NCBI GenBank assembly: GCA_964016885.1 | Contig: OZ024744.1 | Coordinates: 48,422,001 to 48,486,000 of the forward strand | From: Eledone cirrhosa | Taxonomy: Eukaryota | Length of the DNA stretch: 64,000 nt | Reading direction: 5' to 3' | Part shown: piece by piece, positions 1 through 12,919 of the stretch | How the letters are laid out: each line of letters begins with the position of its first letter | Numbering within the stretch: position 1 is the first letter of the stretch | The notes under the pieces: model-generated | Database searches by the model: none | Seen by the model: the letters and a program-made list of their open reading frames with translations, nothing else | What the model was told of the DNA's origin: nothing | Made by a program: the position numbers and the translations under genes

Positions 1-383
1 TCCTGTTTCTATGACGTCAATCGTAACCATACCAACATATATGTGTGTGTATGCACCCACATATATGTGTGTATATGTTTTTTTTTCAATGTTTCTCTTT
101 TTCACAAACACTTATAAGAGAAGGTAGCAATTTTAAGGGGAGGTGATGAAGGGAGTAGATATAGGAAACGTATATCATATGAGAGGAGAAATCATCGATT
201 GTTGAAATAAATCGATTTTTCCGTAATTGTGGCATTTTTTACCCAATAAGTTCGCCCATGACCCAAGTTAGAATATTTGTAAACATTCTGCTTAATTATT
301 CATTCAATATTTTTAGAATTGTGTAAATGTATAAAATTGAAACATACATACAGACACAAAAATCTGCCTTTTATAGATAATGA
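1..383 (-). mobile_element. Non-autonomous Helitron-like element, 5' part
   Basis: Minus strand begins A|TCATTATCTATAAAAGGCAGATTTTTGTGTCTGTATGTATG, resembling the TC-start plus GTCT/GTAT repeat of the other Helitron-like elements here; no 3' end in the window. Confidence 0.4.
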
Positions 384-385
384 TA

Positions 386-1523
386 TATGAGAGAAGACTG
401 ATGAATGTTGAGAACGAATGGGAGAGAGAGAAATTACCCCCAGTAGATCCGACAGAGGGACCAGCTATTGAGATTGACGAATATAGTGTCCAAGAGGCAA
501 TTAAGGAAATGAAAAATGGTAAGGCTGCTGGACCGTCAGGGATAGTTGTTGAGATGCTGAAGGCATCAGGGGACTAGGCACTAAACTGGTTGCACGCATC
601 ATTAATCAAGCTATATATGGTGGTGTCATACCCAAAGACTGGTGCAGCAGTATTCTCATAAATTGCTACAATTGGAGAGGAGCAATTATAGGGGCATAAA
701 ACTGATGGATCAGGTTAAGAAAGTGGAAGAAAGGATATTAGCGCAACTAATTAGAGAAAGGGTCAAACTAGATGAGATACAGTTTGGTTTTGTGCCTGGG
801 AAAAGTACAACAAATGCCCTCTTCTTAGTGAGACAACTACAAGAGAGGTTCTTAGAGAAGAATAAGCCACTATACTTAGCTTTTGTTGACCTAGAGAAGG
901 CCTTTGATAGGGTACTCCGATCTGTCATCTGATGGTCCCTAAGGAAACTAGGTGTTGAGGAATGACTTGTGAGGACAGTGCAAGGTTTATACAGAGGTGC
1001 TGTCAGAGAAGTGAGGGTAGGAATGGAGTTTAGTGAGGAATTCCAGATACAAGTGGGAGTACATCAGGGTTCGGTCCTCAGCCCACTCTTGTTCATTATA
1101 GTCAACCATGCCATGACAGAGGAGTTTAAGACTGGCTGCCCATGGAAACTTCTCTATGCTGACGATCTGGTTCTTATAGCAGAATCAGTAGAGGAGCTAG
1201 AGAATAAATTCTGGCTATGAAAGGAAAAGATGTAGTAGGATAGCAGGTAAACTAACAGGTAGGGAGAAATACGTATACAGTAGATGTACAGGGAAATTTG
1301 ACAGTAGAAGTCACATTGATAGACACATTTTTCAAATGCAGGTGGGTGCTATAGAAGTGGTGGATAGCTTCCGGTACCTAGGTGATCAGATTAGCATGGG
1401 AGGGGTGTTCCAAGGCCATAGTATCTAGAATAAGGACGGGTTGGAAGAAGTTTAGGGAGCTGCTTTCTCTGCTGATGAAGAATGGTTTCTCCCTGTGTAC
1501 AAAAGGATGGTTATATGATGCCT
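386..1523 (+). mobile_element. RTE-clade LINE fragment (family 2), disrupted RT
   Basis: ORF pieces with QFGFVPGKST, AFVDLEKAFDRV, GVHQGSVLSPLLF and LLYADDLVL; stops and deletions. Confidence 0.9.
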
Positions 1524-1633
1524 ATATGGTGCGTTATGGTCCATCTGGTTCCTTACCACACCTCCTTCGTTATATATATACACATACATATATATATACC
1601 TATATATATATCCTCATCAACATCATCATCGTC

Positions 1634-1702
<69 letters not shown>

Positions 1703-1714
1703 GCAGGAAGGTAT

Positions 1715-1757
1715 ACGATGCTGACGATAGCTAATAAGCTTGAAACTAGTACATCGT
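1715..1757 (+). ncRNA. Minimal type I hammerhead ribozyme (family A)
   Basis: ACGATG-CTGACGA-T AGCT aata AGCT T-GAAA-CTAG-TA|CATCGT: 6-bp stem I, intact core, palindromic ACTAGT stem III, GUA site. Confidence 0.85.
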
Positions 1758-2044
1758 TCCTTTGTCAGTGTTGAACAAAGGGGCAACGATGGTTGCTAAA
1801 CACTGTACGGCTTAATTCGGGCTGTTTGTTTACAAACAAACCGAACATTATAATAAATGTTCGGTAAACCGATACGTACATATATATATGTGTACATGTA
1901 TGTATATATATATACATACTACTGTATGTCTGTATACATATATGTATGTACGTATGCATACATACTTTCATTTAAGTAACTGCCGTACTAAGAGTGAGAA
2001 ATGAAATTTTGTTTCATTTTTTCCATATATATATACATATATAT

Positions 2045-4342
2045 CATCATCATCATCATCGTTTAACGTCCATCTTCCACGCTTGCATGGGTTTGGACGG
2101 GAATTTTCCCACTTGAGGCAAGATTGGTTGTCTTGCTCGAATAGGACTGTCTGGCGGGTTTTCTACGGCTGGATGCCCTTCCTAACACCAACCACGTTTA
2201 CAGTGTGGACTGGGAGGTTTTTACCGTGTTGCCTACACGGCCACATTACAGCGTGGACTGTGTGTTTTTTTTTTGGCGTGACAACTACACGACCTCATTT
2301 GTTTAGGACTGGATGTTGTGGTACCAACATAACTTTACATTGAAAGGGGTGTTGTGGATGGGGTTGGGGTAGTGGGAAGGGGGAGTATTTTTGTTAGAGG
2401 TGCCTACTGATTGTAGGATTCGCTTTGTACTTAGGCAAGGCGGGTCTTCTGTATTACTGTGTTCTCGGTCCAGTGACATTGTCTTGGAGAGGTGTAAGTG
2501 TGTGAGGTCGGAATTTATCAAGTCGTCCCAGGATTTTCTGGGTCTGCCTACTCCGTGGCTACCGTCTATTTTTATCGCCCTGCCCTTTTTTATACAGCTG
2601 TCGTCTTTCATGCACATCAAGTGACCGTACCAACGTAGTCTTCTCTCGAGTAAACAACTGATCCCTCTTATTCCTAATTTCTCCCTTAGTTCATTTATGC
2701 TTTGCCGTTCACGCATATTACTATTACACATCCAGCGGAGCATGCAAGCTTCGTTCCTCTCCAGTCTGCGTATATCCTCTGCACACAATGCCCAGGTCTC
2801 ACTGCCATGTAACATTGCTGTTCGTATGCAGGCATCATACAGCCTGCCTTTCATTTTTAGAGAGAACCCTTTAGCGGCCAATAGTGGTATAAGCTCTCTG
2901 AACTTTTTCCATCCCGTTCTGACTCTAGCTACTGTACTTTCAGGACACGCTCCCCCACTGCTGATTTTGTCACCCAGGTAACGGAAGGTGTCCACTATTT
3001 CTATAGAACCATCTGTGCAATGGAATGAGCTAGTATTCTATGGGCACTTGCTGCTACTTATTGCACCAGAGCACCGGCCACATATAAAATCTATATTCTT
3101 AGTTAGCTTACCTGTGATCCAACTCAATCTTTTATGCACCCATACTTTGCATCTGGGACATAAAATGGAGTTTCTGCCTACACCTTTCCTACACACTGAG
3201 CATGGCCATTTCCCAGATAGGACCGGTGTCCTATTTTCCTTCCTACAAACTAGAACTTTAGTCTTAGACAGGTTAATTTTAAGGCCTTTTGATTCTAGGC
3301 CATGCTTCCATGTTTGGAATTTCTTCTCTAGTTCAGCCATTGATTCAGCTATGAGCGTTAGATCATCTGCGTATAGGAGTTCCCATGGGCAGCCGGTCTT
3401 GAACTCCTCTGTTATAGCCTGAAGGGCAATAATAAATAGAAGGGGGCTAAGAACGGATCTCTGATGAACACCAAATTTTACGCTAAACTCTTGACTATAT
3501 TCGTTGTTAATTCTAACCTTGCTGACCGTTTCTTTATACATGGCATGTATAGCTCTCACAAGCCATTCATCAACACCTAGTTTTCTAAGAGCCCACCAGT
3601 TAATGGAGCAGGGGCCTCTGTCAAAAGCTTTCTCCAAGTCAACAAAAGCTAAGTATAGGGGTTTACTTTTAGCTAGGTACTTCTCCTGTAGTTGTACAAT
3701 GAAAAGAGCATCCGTGGTACTTTTACCTGACACAAACCCGAACTGCATTTCATCTAGATCAATTCGCTCTCTGATTAGTTGCGCTATTACTTTTTCTGTG
3801 ACCTTCATGACCTGGTCGATTAATTTAATGCCTCTATAGTTACTCCTATCTAGGGCATCTCCTTTACCCTTGTAGCAGTTAATGATGATGCTGCTATGCC
3901 AGTCCTTTGGAACGCACCCATTCTGTATGACTTGATTTACTATGCGGGTGACCATGGTGTGTCCCACTGTTCCAGATGCTTTCAGCATTTCAGCAACTAT
4001 TTCCGAAGGCCCGGCCGCCTTGTCCGTCTTCATATCTTTGATTGCCTTACTTATTATACTACCTTCAACTAGCACTGCTGGTCCCTCTATTGGATCGATG
4101 TGGAGGAGACTGTCTTTCTCCCATTTATTCTCCTCATTTAGTAGCGTTTCGTAGTGACACTTCCAAGCTACCTTCTTATCAGCGTCAGTGATGACAAGTA
4201 CACCATCATCATTAAGGACACACTTCTCCCCGACAATATCACGGTTTTCCTTGACACATTGCCTAGCAATCCTGAACTCCTCACGTTTTTGGTCCTCGAG
4301 TTGTAGAACATGCTTGAACTTTCTTTCCTCTGCTTCCCTTCA
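2045..4342 (-). mobile_element. RTE-clade LINE (family 1), 5'-truncated, RT plus PHD finger, (ATG)n tail
   Basis: ORFs 3038-4075 and 2303-2995 carry RT motifs (YADD) and the RTE C-terminus RRLRWYGH...GRPRK; (CAT)n tail at 2045. Confidence 0.92.
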
Positions 4343-4480
4343 GTATATATATATATACATATATATATATAAAATAAGATAAACAAACAAGCAAATAAAT
4401 AAATAAATATATAGACAGACTGAACAAAAAAAATGGCGTAGACATACAACACAACAGGAGGAACAATGAATATAACACCA

Positions 4481-4508
4481 CTGACGATGTTGCAGATGTG
4501 CAACGAAA
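4481..4508 (+). ncRNA. Partial hammerhead core
   Basis: CTGACGA-T-GTTGCA gatg TGCAAC-GAAA; stem III and the 3' strand of stem I are not recognisable. Confidence 0.4.
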
Positions 4509-5789
4509 GATTTATGTAAACTATATATATATGTGTTTGTCTATATTGTATCTGTATTATTTTTGACCGCCGGTCAGTCAATGGCAACATTGAGGACCGA
4601 GTAAGTTAGATCGCAGATATATATATATAAAAGACAGCGAGAAGCGAAAACCAACCAAACAGTGAGTGTGTTCTGTTATTAATTCTGGCAATATTACGCA
4701 AATATGACCCTCCCCAAATATAACAACATATATATATACATTTATATATACATATATATATATAAATGTACACACGCACATATATATATATATATACACT
4801 ATATCGACTTCCTGTGTGTTTACTATCCAGGGGTATTTTAAACAAATATTCCCTGATCACTTTGACAAAGAAATACTCTAGTGGTCAATACACTGGTCAA
4901 TATGTATTCACAATTACACATAAGTATAAGCACATACACACACACACACATTTATATATATAGTGTTAACCCTAAATCTATTGGATTAAGGGCCAATAAT
5001 GGTTTATGGCTCTAACACTGATCAATATATATACAATTATATACACATACATATATATAATTACACACACATACGCACACACACATGTACATATATACAC
5101 ATACACATATACATACATCTATACGATGATGATATACATGCACACACACTTTACATTGGTCAAGTTGCGGAAAGATCTTGACCATGGATAAATTTAATGT
5201 AATTTGTTCCAATTTATAGAAGGCCATCCAGCTCTATTAATCTCTTTATCTGTTGGTCTGCCTGCCTGTTTATCTATCCATCTATGTCCCCCACCCACTC
5301 TCTCACTCTTTCTTTCTTTATATATATATTTATCAATCTATGCATCATCCATTATCTAGATAGATAGATAGAAAAAGATAGATAGAAACAGATAGATTGA
5401 TAGATAAATATAGAACATGAGAGAGAGAGATAGACAGAGAGATAGAAAGACAGTCAGAGAGAGAGAGAGGGGGGGAGGGGGAGAGACAGGGAGAGAGAGA
5501 GAGAGGGGGGGATAGCATGGAGTGTTGGTGTATGTAGCTTAGCTATGTTATTAAATTAAGTACAAATTTAGTTTGTGAGAAAACCAGATTGATGTCTCCT
5601 TCACTACACCAACCATCTACTCCCACCCACTATACACCAATCAGTTCTAGATAGTTGCTTTGTTTGTTTAGGAACTGAAGAGGGATATATCTGTCTATGT
5701 CTACCAAGGAATATAGTAGATTAATGGCCTGTCACACATTATCACTGATTAGAGGAATTGTGCTAATCCTTCCTCCCCATTCCTTTCTA

Positions 5790-8570
5790 GTTTTCTCACT
5801 CACCTGCTTTGCCACCCCCACCCCCATCCTCCTCCCACCACTCAGAACATTCCTTCATCATCTCTTGTGAAGTTCTGTGGTATGAGATCAGCTTTAACCA
5901 TCTCTGTCCAGGTTTGTCTCAGTCTTTCTCTACTGAATCTTCTTTCCACAGGCATCACTTGCCACTTCTTCACCCACCACTCCTCATCCACATGCATCAC
6001 ATGTCCATACCAGTGCAGTATTCTCTATTACACACTAGATCTGATTCCTCTTCATCCAACATTTATTTCAGATCATCCATACTCCGTTGCCCATGCACAT
6101 TATCATCACACAGGCAATGGAGCAGTTCTTGCTTCATTTCTGTATATCTTCTCAATTTACTGCCCTTGTCTCACTGCTTTGTAAAATTGCATTTCTAATG
6201 CAGATTTCGTACAGTCTTCCCTTTGCTCATAGAAGAAATCCATTTGTTGTCAACAGAGGAAGTAGCACCCTAGACTCTTTTCATGATTGTTCTTATTCTG
6301 GCTACTAGACTTTCAAAGAAAGCCATTCTAATACTAATTATGTTACCTAAGTAACAGAAACTATCAACCACTTCCGTGGTGCCTTCCTGCTATTGAAAGA
6401 AAGTTCATTTCTCTGCAGCTCTTACTACACACAACTCGTGTGCATCTTCTATGTGTAAAGTCTATATTTTCTGGTAGTCTGCCTACAATCCCACTACACC
6501 TCTTGTATACCAATATTGCACATAATATAGAGTTCCTAACTACTTCTTTTCTACATATTAAATCCAGCCACTTTCCAGATGGAATCAGAATGTTGTCCTA
6601 CTTATTAAAACGTTGGTCTTTGCAAAGTTTACTCTGATCTAATTTGATTCTAAGTTCTGTTCCCACATGTTCACCTATCAGAACTATATCATAAACACAG
6701 AAGTTCCTATGGACAACTAGTCTCTGTTATTGCCTGGAAAACTATAATAAACAGAAGTGGGCTGGGGCCTGAGCCCTGATGAACACTTACCTGCACAGAG
6801 AATTCTTCACAAAATTCGATTACCTAGTCCCACTTGACTAATAACTCCTCTGTACATAGCTTCCATTGCTCTCACAAGCCATTTATCTATACCTAGTTTT
6901 CATAAGAATCACCAGATCATGGTACTCTTTTAAAAGCCTTTTCCAGGTCTATAAAAGGTAGGTAATGCAGTTTATACTTAGGAACTTCTCTTGTAGTTTT
7001 CTCACTAAGCAGAAGGCATCTGCAGTGCTCCCCCTGGCACAAAACCAAACTGCATCTTATCTAATTTGATTCTTTGCCTAATTAGTTGTGCTAAAACTCT
7101 TTCATAACCTTGTCCCCCAGTCTTATATCCCTGTAATTGTTCCTTTCTAGAGCATCCCATTCTCTCTTGTAGCAATTAATGAGTATACCTCTGCACCAGA
7201 TATTGGGTATGATCCCATTCTGTATTACCTAATCGATTATGCAGGTGAATAATTCAACTCCTACATCCCCAGACACTCTCAGTATCTCAACAACTATCTC
7301 TGATGGCCTTACAGCTTTAAAGTTTTTCATCTTCCTAATTGCTTCTTTGACCTTTGTTGAGTGTTTTGGGAGTATTTCCTTTTCCTTCCACTCATTCTCC
7401 ACATTCATCAGCCCCTCATAGTTGCATGTCAGGCCTCTTTCTTTTGAGTGCCAGTGAAACTAAGTGCGCTTGTATTATTCCAACTTCATCTCATTATATC
7501 AGTACACCTGAGGCGGTGCATTGGCAGTATCGGTAGAGGGTCAGATGCCATGCTTTGCAGCATAGAGTTACAGCTCTTTACAGTCTGAGGTGCCTTTCAT
7601 CCTTATGGGGTTGATAAAATAAGCACCAGTAATATTGGCATCTGGCTCTCTGTGTGCTAAGTTGCCTAGCTTTTCTTTTAGCTACTTGGCATTGTTCTTT
7701 GTTGAGCTCCATTTTCCAGCCTTTCCATGCCTGTCTCTTAGCTTTAAAGACACTACTGTTTCACCACAAAGTCCCCTATTATCTGGTTAGTCCCGTTCTC
7801 CAACCACAAATCTTATCAGTAGCCTTTCCATAAAAACTTCCATATTTAACTGTGAGGTCTTTACTCTCTGTACCATTCCTTTTCAGATTGTCCTGCATTT
7901 CTGATTCCATTTGATTCTTATTCCGATGTCACTAAGAACTAATTTGTGTTGGGTAGTGCATTCTTCTCCAAGAAGAAACTTAGTATTCACAACAATCTGT
8001 CTATCCTGTTTCCTAATGGGCACAAAGTCAATCTGGCTTGCACGCTTGCCTGATTGGTAAGTGATCAAGTGGTTGGTCAGTTTCCTAAAGGTGGTGATGC
8101 ACATGAGAGGTCATTTGCATCATAGAACTCTTGGAGTCATGATCCTTTTCCCTTTCTCAAGTCATATCCATAACCTCTGTGTACTCCAATGTATCCCTCT
8201 TGTGAGTGCCCAACATGTCCAGTGAAGTTGCCTTCCACAATGTCAATTGTTATTGAAGTCGTCTGCAAGAGGTTCTCATAGAAATGAACTCTCTCTTCTC
8301 AACTAAGTCCTGTCATATATTCTAACTACCCCAATTACCTAATCTACCCACTTCTCAACTAGTAAAATAACTACTCCACCATCTACCCCATTATCATTTC
8401 CTACCCAGTGTTTGTGAGTAGTCTACCTAATGCGTTCCTCTCTCTCACCTTCCACACACAGCAATCTACCTGCTTCTTCTCAAGCATCTCTACAATTTCA
8501 TTTAATCTCCCGTTCAGTGTGCCAACATTAAGTGTGAAGCCACAAATTGGGTTACCTTATAGTAGGAGTG
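5790..8570 (-). mobile_element. Old degenerate RTE LINE (endonuclease plus RT remnants)
   Basis: ORF 7883-8104 (NHLITYQSG..SQIDF..GEECTTQHKLV) is APE-endonuclease-like; RT and PHD remnants follow; heavily frameshifted. Confidence 0.85.
7510..7630 (+). mobile_element. tRNA-derived SINE fragment (Meta-core-like) inside an RTE
   Basis: TGGCAGTATCGGTAGAG head followed by GCCTTTCATCC..GGGGTTGATAAAATAAGCACCAG. Confidence 0.7.
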
Positions 8571-8628
8571 AATCCCTTCCTTAGTTGGGTTGTCATTTGG
8601 TAATAGCTATCTCTAATGGAAAGGGAAT

Positions 8629-10601
8629 ATCATCATCATCATCATCATCAACGTTTAAACGTCCGTGTTCCACGCTTGCATGGGTTTGGACGGGGGTAGT
8701 CCCACTTGAGGCAAGAGTGATTGTCTTGCTCGCATAGGACTGTCTGGCAGGTTTTCTACAGTTGGATGCCCTTCCTAACACCAACCACATTTACAGTGTG
8801 GGTCTGGGAGGTTTTTACCGTGTTGCCTACACGGCCACATTACAGCGTGGACTGTGTGTTTTTTTGTCGTGACACCTACACGATCTCATTTGTTTCGGCC
8901 TGGATGGCGCGGCACCAACATAACTTTACATAGAACGGGGTGGTGTGGATGGGGTGGGGGTGGTGGCGGGACGGGGTGTATTTTGTTAGAGATGCCTACT
9001 GGCAAGGCGTGTCTTCTCTGTTACTGAGTACCGCCAAAGGTCTCGGTCCAGTGACATTGTCTTGGAGAGGTGTAAGTGTGTGAGGTCGGAGTTTATCAGC
9101 TCGTCCCAGGTTTTTCTAGGTCTGCCTATTCCGTGGCTACCGTCTATCTTTATTGCCCTGCACTTTGTTATACAGCTATCGACTTTCATGTGCATCACGT
9201 GTCCATACCAACGTAGCCTTCTCTCGAGTAAACAACATCTGATCCCTCTTATCTCTAATTTTTTCCTTAGTTCGTTTATGCTTTGCCGTTCACGTATATT
9301 ACTGTTACACATCCAGCGGAGCATGCAAGCTTCGTTCCTCTCTAGTCTGCGTATATCCTCTGCACACAATGCCCAGGTCTCACTGCCATGCAACATTGCT
9401 GTTCGTATGCAGGCATCGTACAACCTGCCTTTCATTTTTAGGGAGAACCCTTTAGCAGCTAATAGTGGTATAAGCTCTCTGAACTTTTTCCAACCAGTTC
9501 TGACTCTAGCTACAGTACTTTCAGAGCACCCTCCCCCACTGCTGATTTTATCGCCCAGGTAACGGAAGCTGTCCACTATTTCTATAGAACCCTCTGCGCA
9601 ATTGAAAGAGCTAGTATTTTGTGGGCACTTGCTGCTACTTATTGCACCAGAACATCGGCCACATGTAAAATCTATGTTCTTAGTTAGCTTACCTGTGATC
9701 CCACTACATCTTTTATGCACCCATACTTTGCATTTAGGACATAAAATGGAGTTTCTACCTACGCCTTTCCTACACACCGAGCACGACCATTTCCCAGAAG
9801 GGACCGCCGCCTTGTTTTCTTTCCTACAAACTAGAACTTTGGTCTTAGCCAAGTTAATTTTAAGTCCTTTTGACTCTAGGCCGTGCTTCCATGTTTGGAA
9901 TTTCTTCTCTAGCTCGGCCATTGATTCCGCTATGAGTGTCAGGTCGTCTGCGTATAGGAGTTCCCACGGGCAGCCTGTCTTGAACTCCTCTGTTATAGCC
10001 TGAAGGGCAATAATAAATAGTAGGGGGCTGAGAACAGAGCCCTGATGGACGCCAACTTTTACGCTAAACTCTTCACTATATTCGTTGTTAATTCTAACCT
10101 TGCTGACTGTTTCTTTATACATGGCTTGTATAGCCCTCACAAGCCATTCGTCAACGCCTAGTTTTCTAAGAGCCCACCAGATAATGGAGCGGGGGACTCT
10201 GTCGAAGGCTTTCTCCAGTTCGACAAAAGCTAAGTAGAGGGGTTTACCTTTAGCTAGGTACTTCTCCTGTAGTTGTCGTACTATGAAAAGAGCGTCTGTG
10301 GTGCTTTTGCCTAACACAAACCCGAACTGCATTTCATCTAGGTCAATTCTCTCTCTGATTAGTTGCGCTATTACTTTTTCCGTGACCTTCATGACCTGGT
10401 CGATTAATTTAATGCCTCTATAGTTACTCCTATCTAGGGCGTTTCCTTTACCCTTATAACAGTTAACGATGATGCTGCTATGCCAGTCCTTCGGAACAAC
10501 CCCATTCTGTACGACTTGGTTAACTATGCGGGTGACCATGGTGTGTCCCACCGTGCCAGATGCTTTCAGCATCTCAGCAACTATTTCCGAAGGCCCAGCC
10601 G

Positions 10602-10605
<4 letters not shown>
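8629..10605 (-). mobile_element. Young RTE LINE (family 1), 5'-truncated, open RT-PHD frame
   Basis: About 540 uninterrupted codons of RT and C-terminus in ORF 8986-10746 (its first ~47 aa are SINE/microsatellite read-through); (CAT)n tail; 5' end abuts (TA)n. Confidence 0.95.
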
Positions 10606-10642
<37 letters not shown>

Positions 10643-10658
10643 GTACCCACATATACAT

Positions 10659-10699
<41 letters not shown>

Positions 10700-10886
10700 A
10701 TAATTGTTTCAACTATTAGAACAAGGCCAGCAATTACCCAGTACATAACTGGTACTTTATTTTATCGACCCCGCAAGGATGAAAGGCAAAGTTAACCTCG
10801 GCAGGATTTGAACTCAGAATGGAAAGGGTCGTAACTCTGTGCGTCAAAGCAAGGTGTCCGACCCTCTACCGATACTGCCAATTCAC
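10700..10886 (-). mobile_element. tRNA-derived SINE (Meta-core-like)
   Basis: A-box-like TGGCAGTATCGG, B-box GAGTTCAAATCC, core GCCTTTCATCC..GGGGTCGATAAAATAAAGTACCAG. Related copies near 17701, 35343, 35975, 42410 and 60440. Confidence 0.8.
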
Positions 10887-11035
10887 AATGATAATTGCGA
10901 AGGCCGGATAGAGACATTTATAAATATATTTATTTATAATAAGACTTTGATAAGAGGAACATCCAACTCATCAAATACCTTGTCCTTAGCTTGCTTTGAA
11001 TTAGAAATATTATATAACAACTTTATGACTTTAGA

Positions 11036-11118
11036 TGCTGTCTAATGAAGTCATGATATTGTTTGCATGATCACTGCATTGTGTAATCATGAACACCACA
11101 GAAATATGTATGATGGCA
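11036..11118 (+). ncRNA. Degenerate hammerhead-like motif
   Basis: TGCTGT-CTAATGA..TCATGAT...ATCATGA..GAAATATGTA..GATGGCA; core mutated. Confidence 0.3.
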
Positions 11119-11437
11119 GATTCTGAATAAAATGAGTTATGAATATCTACATTTGGCCTTCACAATTATCATTATTGTATATATACTCCATCATGGACAA
11201 TCAAATTATGTTTCAAAGGATACACATGACATTGAATTCTTGAATCTAATTACATCATCATTTACTGATTGGAGTGTTGCCCACACAACCCTGGTTAGTC
11301 AATATCTTACGACAAAAGTATACGAATTTTTGTCACATATTTCTCAGCTTATACATGAGTATATACAGTACTTAGCAGTAGAAATAACAGTGTGGTTGAT
11401 AATAGAGATTTATATGAAGGATGATAGTATATATATG

Positions 11438-11475
<38 letters not shown>

Positions 11476-11528
11476 TATATAAAGAATTAAAAAGAACAGA
11501 AAGATGCAGTAAAAGAGATTTATTCGGT

Positions 11529-11643
11529 TCTTACGTACGTTTCAATAGACATCAATTTGCCTAGATCTCGCTACATCTATAATAATATATATTTAGTAGA
11601 GCATTCGATATCCAATGCACAATCGATCCCATATCATCAGAGA
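11529..11643 (-). ncRNA. Type I hammerhead ribozyme with long stem II (family B)
   Basis: Minus strand TCT-CTGATGA-TATGG...CTATT-GAAA-CGTACG-TA|AGA; palindromic ACGTACGT stem III; stem I only 3 bp. Confidence 0.7.
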
Positions 11644-11798
11644 TTTTAATTCTTTATACACGCCCCGGAATATAGCTAAACTGGAATATACACCTTTTTT
11701 CTGCATTTCGTTGAGCACCACTCTGTTGTAAGCTGACATTCCACTACACGGTACATAACACTGTGTCCTGGAAAACATTAATGCACTCGTGCATAACC

Positions 11799-11834
<36 letters not shown>

Positions 11835-12080
11835 GTGTGTGTATCACAATCATCCCCATTTAACATCCATTTTCCATGTTTGCATGGGTTAAATGGGTTG
11901 TAACATTATGAAATAACTCAGGTCTGGAGACCATATCATGCTCATATGTCTGTATTTTGGCTTGGTTTCTACAGCTGGATGCCCTTCCTAAAACCAACCA
12001 TGTTACAGTGTGGACTGAGTGCTTTTTATCATGGCACCAAAATGACCACCTTACAGGCTGGACTGGATTTGTGTGTGTAC

Positions 12081-12178
<98 letters not shown>

Positions 12179-12605
12179 ATTCTAAAAAGGGGACATATGT
12201 GCAAGAGGTGATTATGTCAGGTCTTGGACTATTATAACCAGTCCAAGCCTTTATGATTATGTCAGGTCTTGGACTATTATAACCAGTCCCAGCTTTTATG
12301 ATAGTAAAATGATAATAATGATGATGGAGATGGGGATGGCAAAGTGTAATAAAAGTGTCTTGCTTGAAAAACATCCTAACCCCTCAGCCATCATCTTCAC
12401 ATGTGCCAGATGATCATGATGATGAAATTGATGATGACAGACGTGAAAAAAATGTAAGAATGCATTGGTAATAGGAAATATATTGATGAAACTAGAGTAG
12501 AGTTAAGGAAGAATAATAAAACAAAACAATAGTTTTACATGATATTTCAAGGTTAGAAATGTCTTTTTGAATGTCTTTGGTGGAAATGTTACATGCACAG
12601 ATGAA

Positions 12606-12842
12606 TCACAACAGCCTACCAGTAACATGTAGCTCAAATCTGTTGTTAATGTTTGGTGTATGCTTGTTGATAAGAAGAGACTGTTTGATCTGAAAATTAT
12701 CCACATTCTTCATGGTGGCATCTATAGTGACCTTAATATCTTGGGTTTGGCATTTTTCTAGGAAACACTTGTGGTTGTGTGTTCCTTGATCTGGATGTGT
12801 AGCTTCCAATGTATCAGCTACAGGTAACCTTGTAAACCACAT
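12606..12842 (-). pseudogene. Degenerate C-terminus of a Penelope-like (GIY-YIG endonuclease) ORF
   Basis: Translation KC..QDIKVTIDATMKNVDNFQIKQSLLINKHTPNINNRFE resembles the recalled L.I.E.L.I....P.LN...E end of PLE endonucleases; not searched. Confidence 0.5.
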
Positions 12843-12919
12843 ACAATCTCATGTGCATATATATTTTATCTCTCAACTTTCCTGTCAGGCTTCTGTGCAT
12901 GTGTGTGTGTATATATAAA

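Noticed and set aside
4540-4725. Possible LTR end (AAATATAACA)
   Set aside because: No partner LTR, primer-binding site or internal domains.
9062-10003. Recurrent ORFs antisense to the RTEs
   Set aside because: Shadow frames of the LINE ORF; they recur only because the element does.
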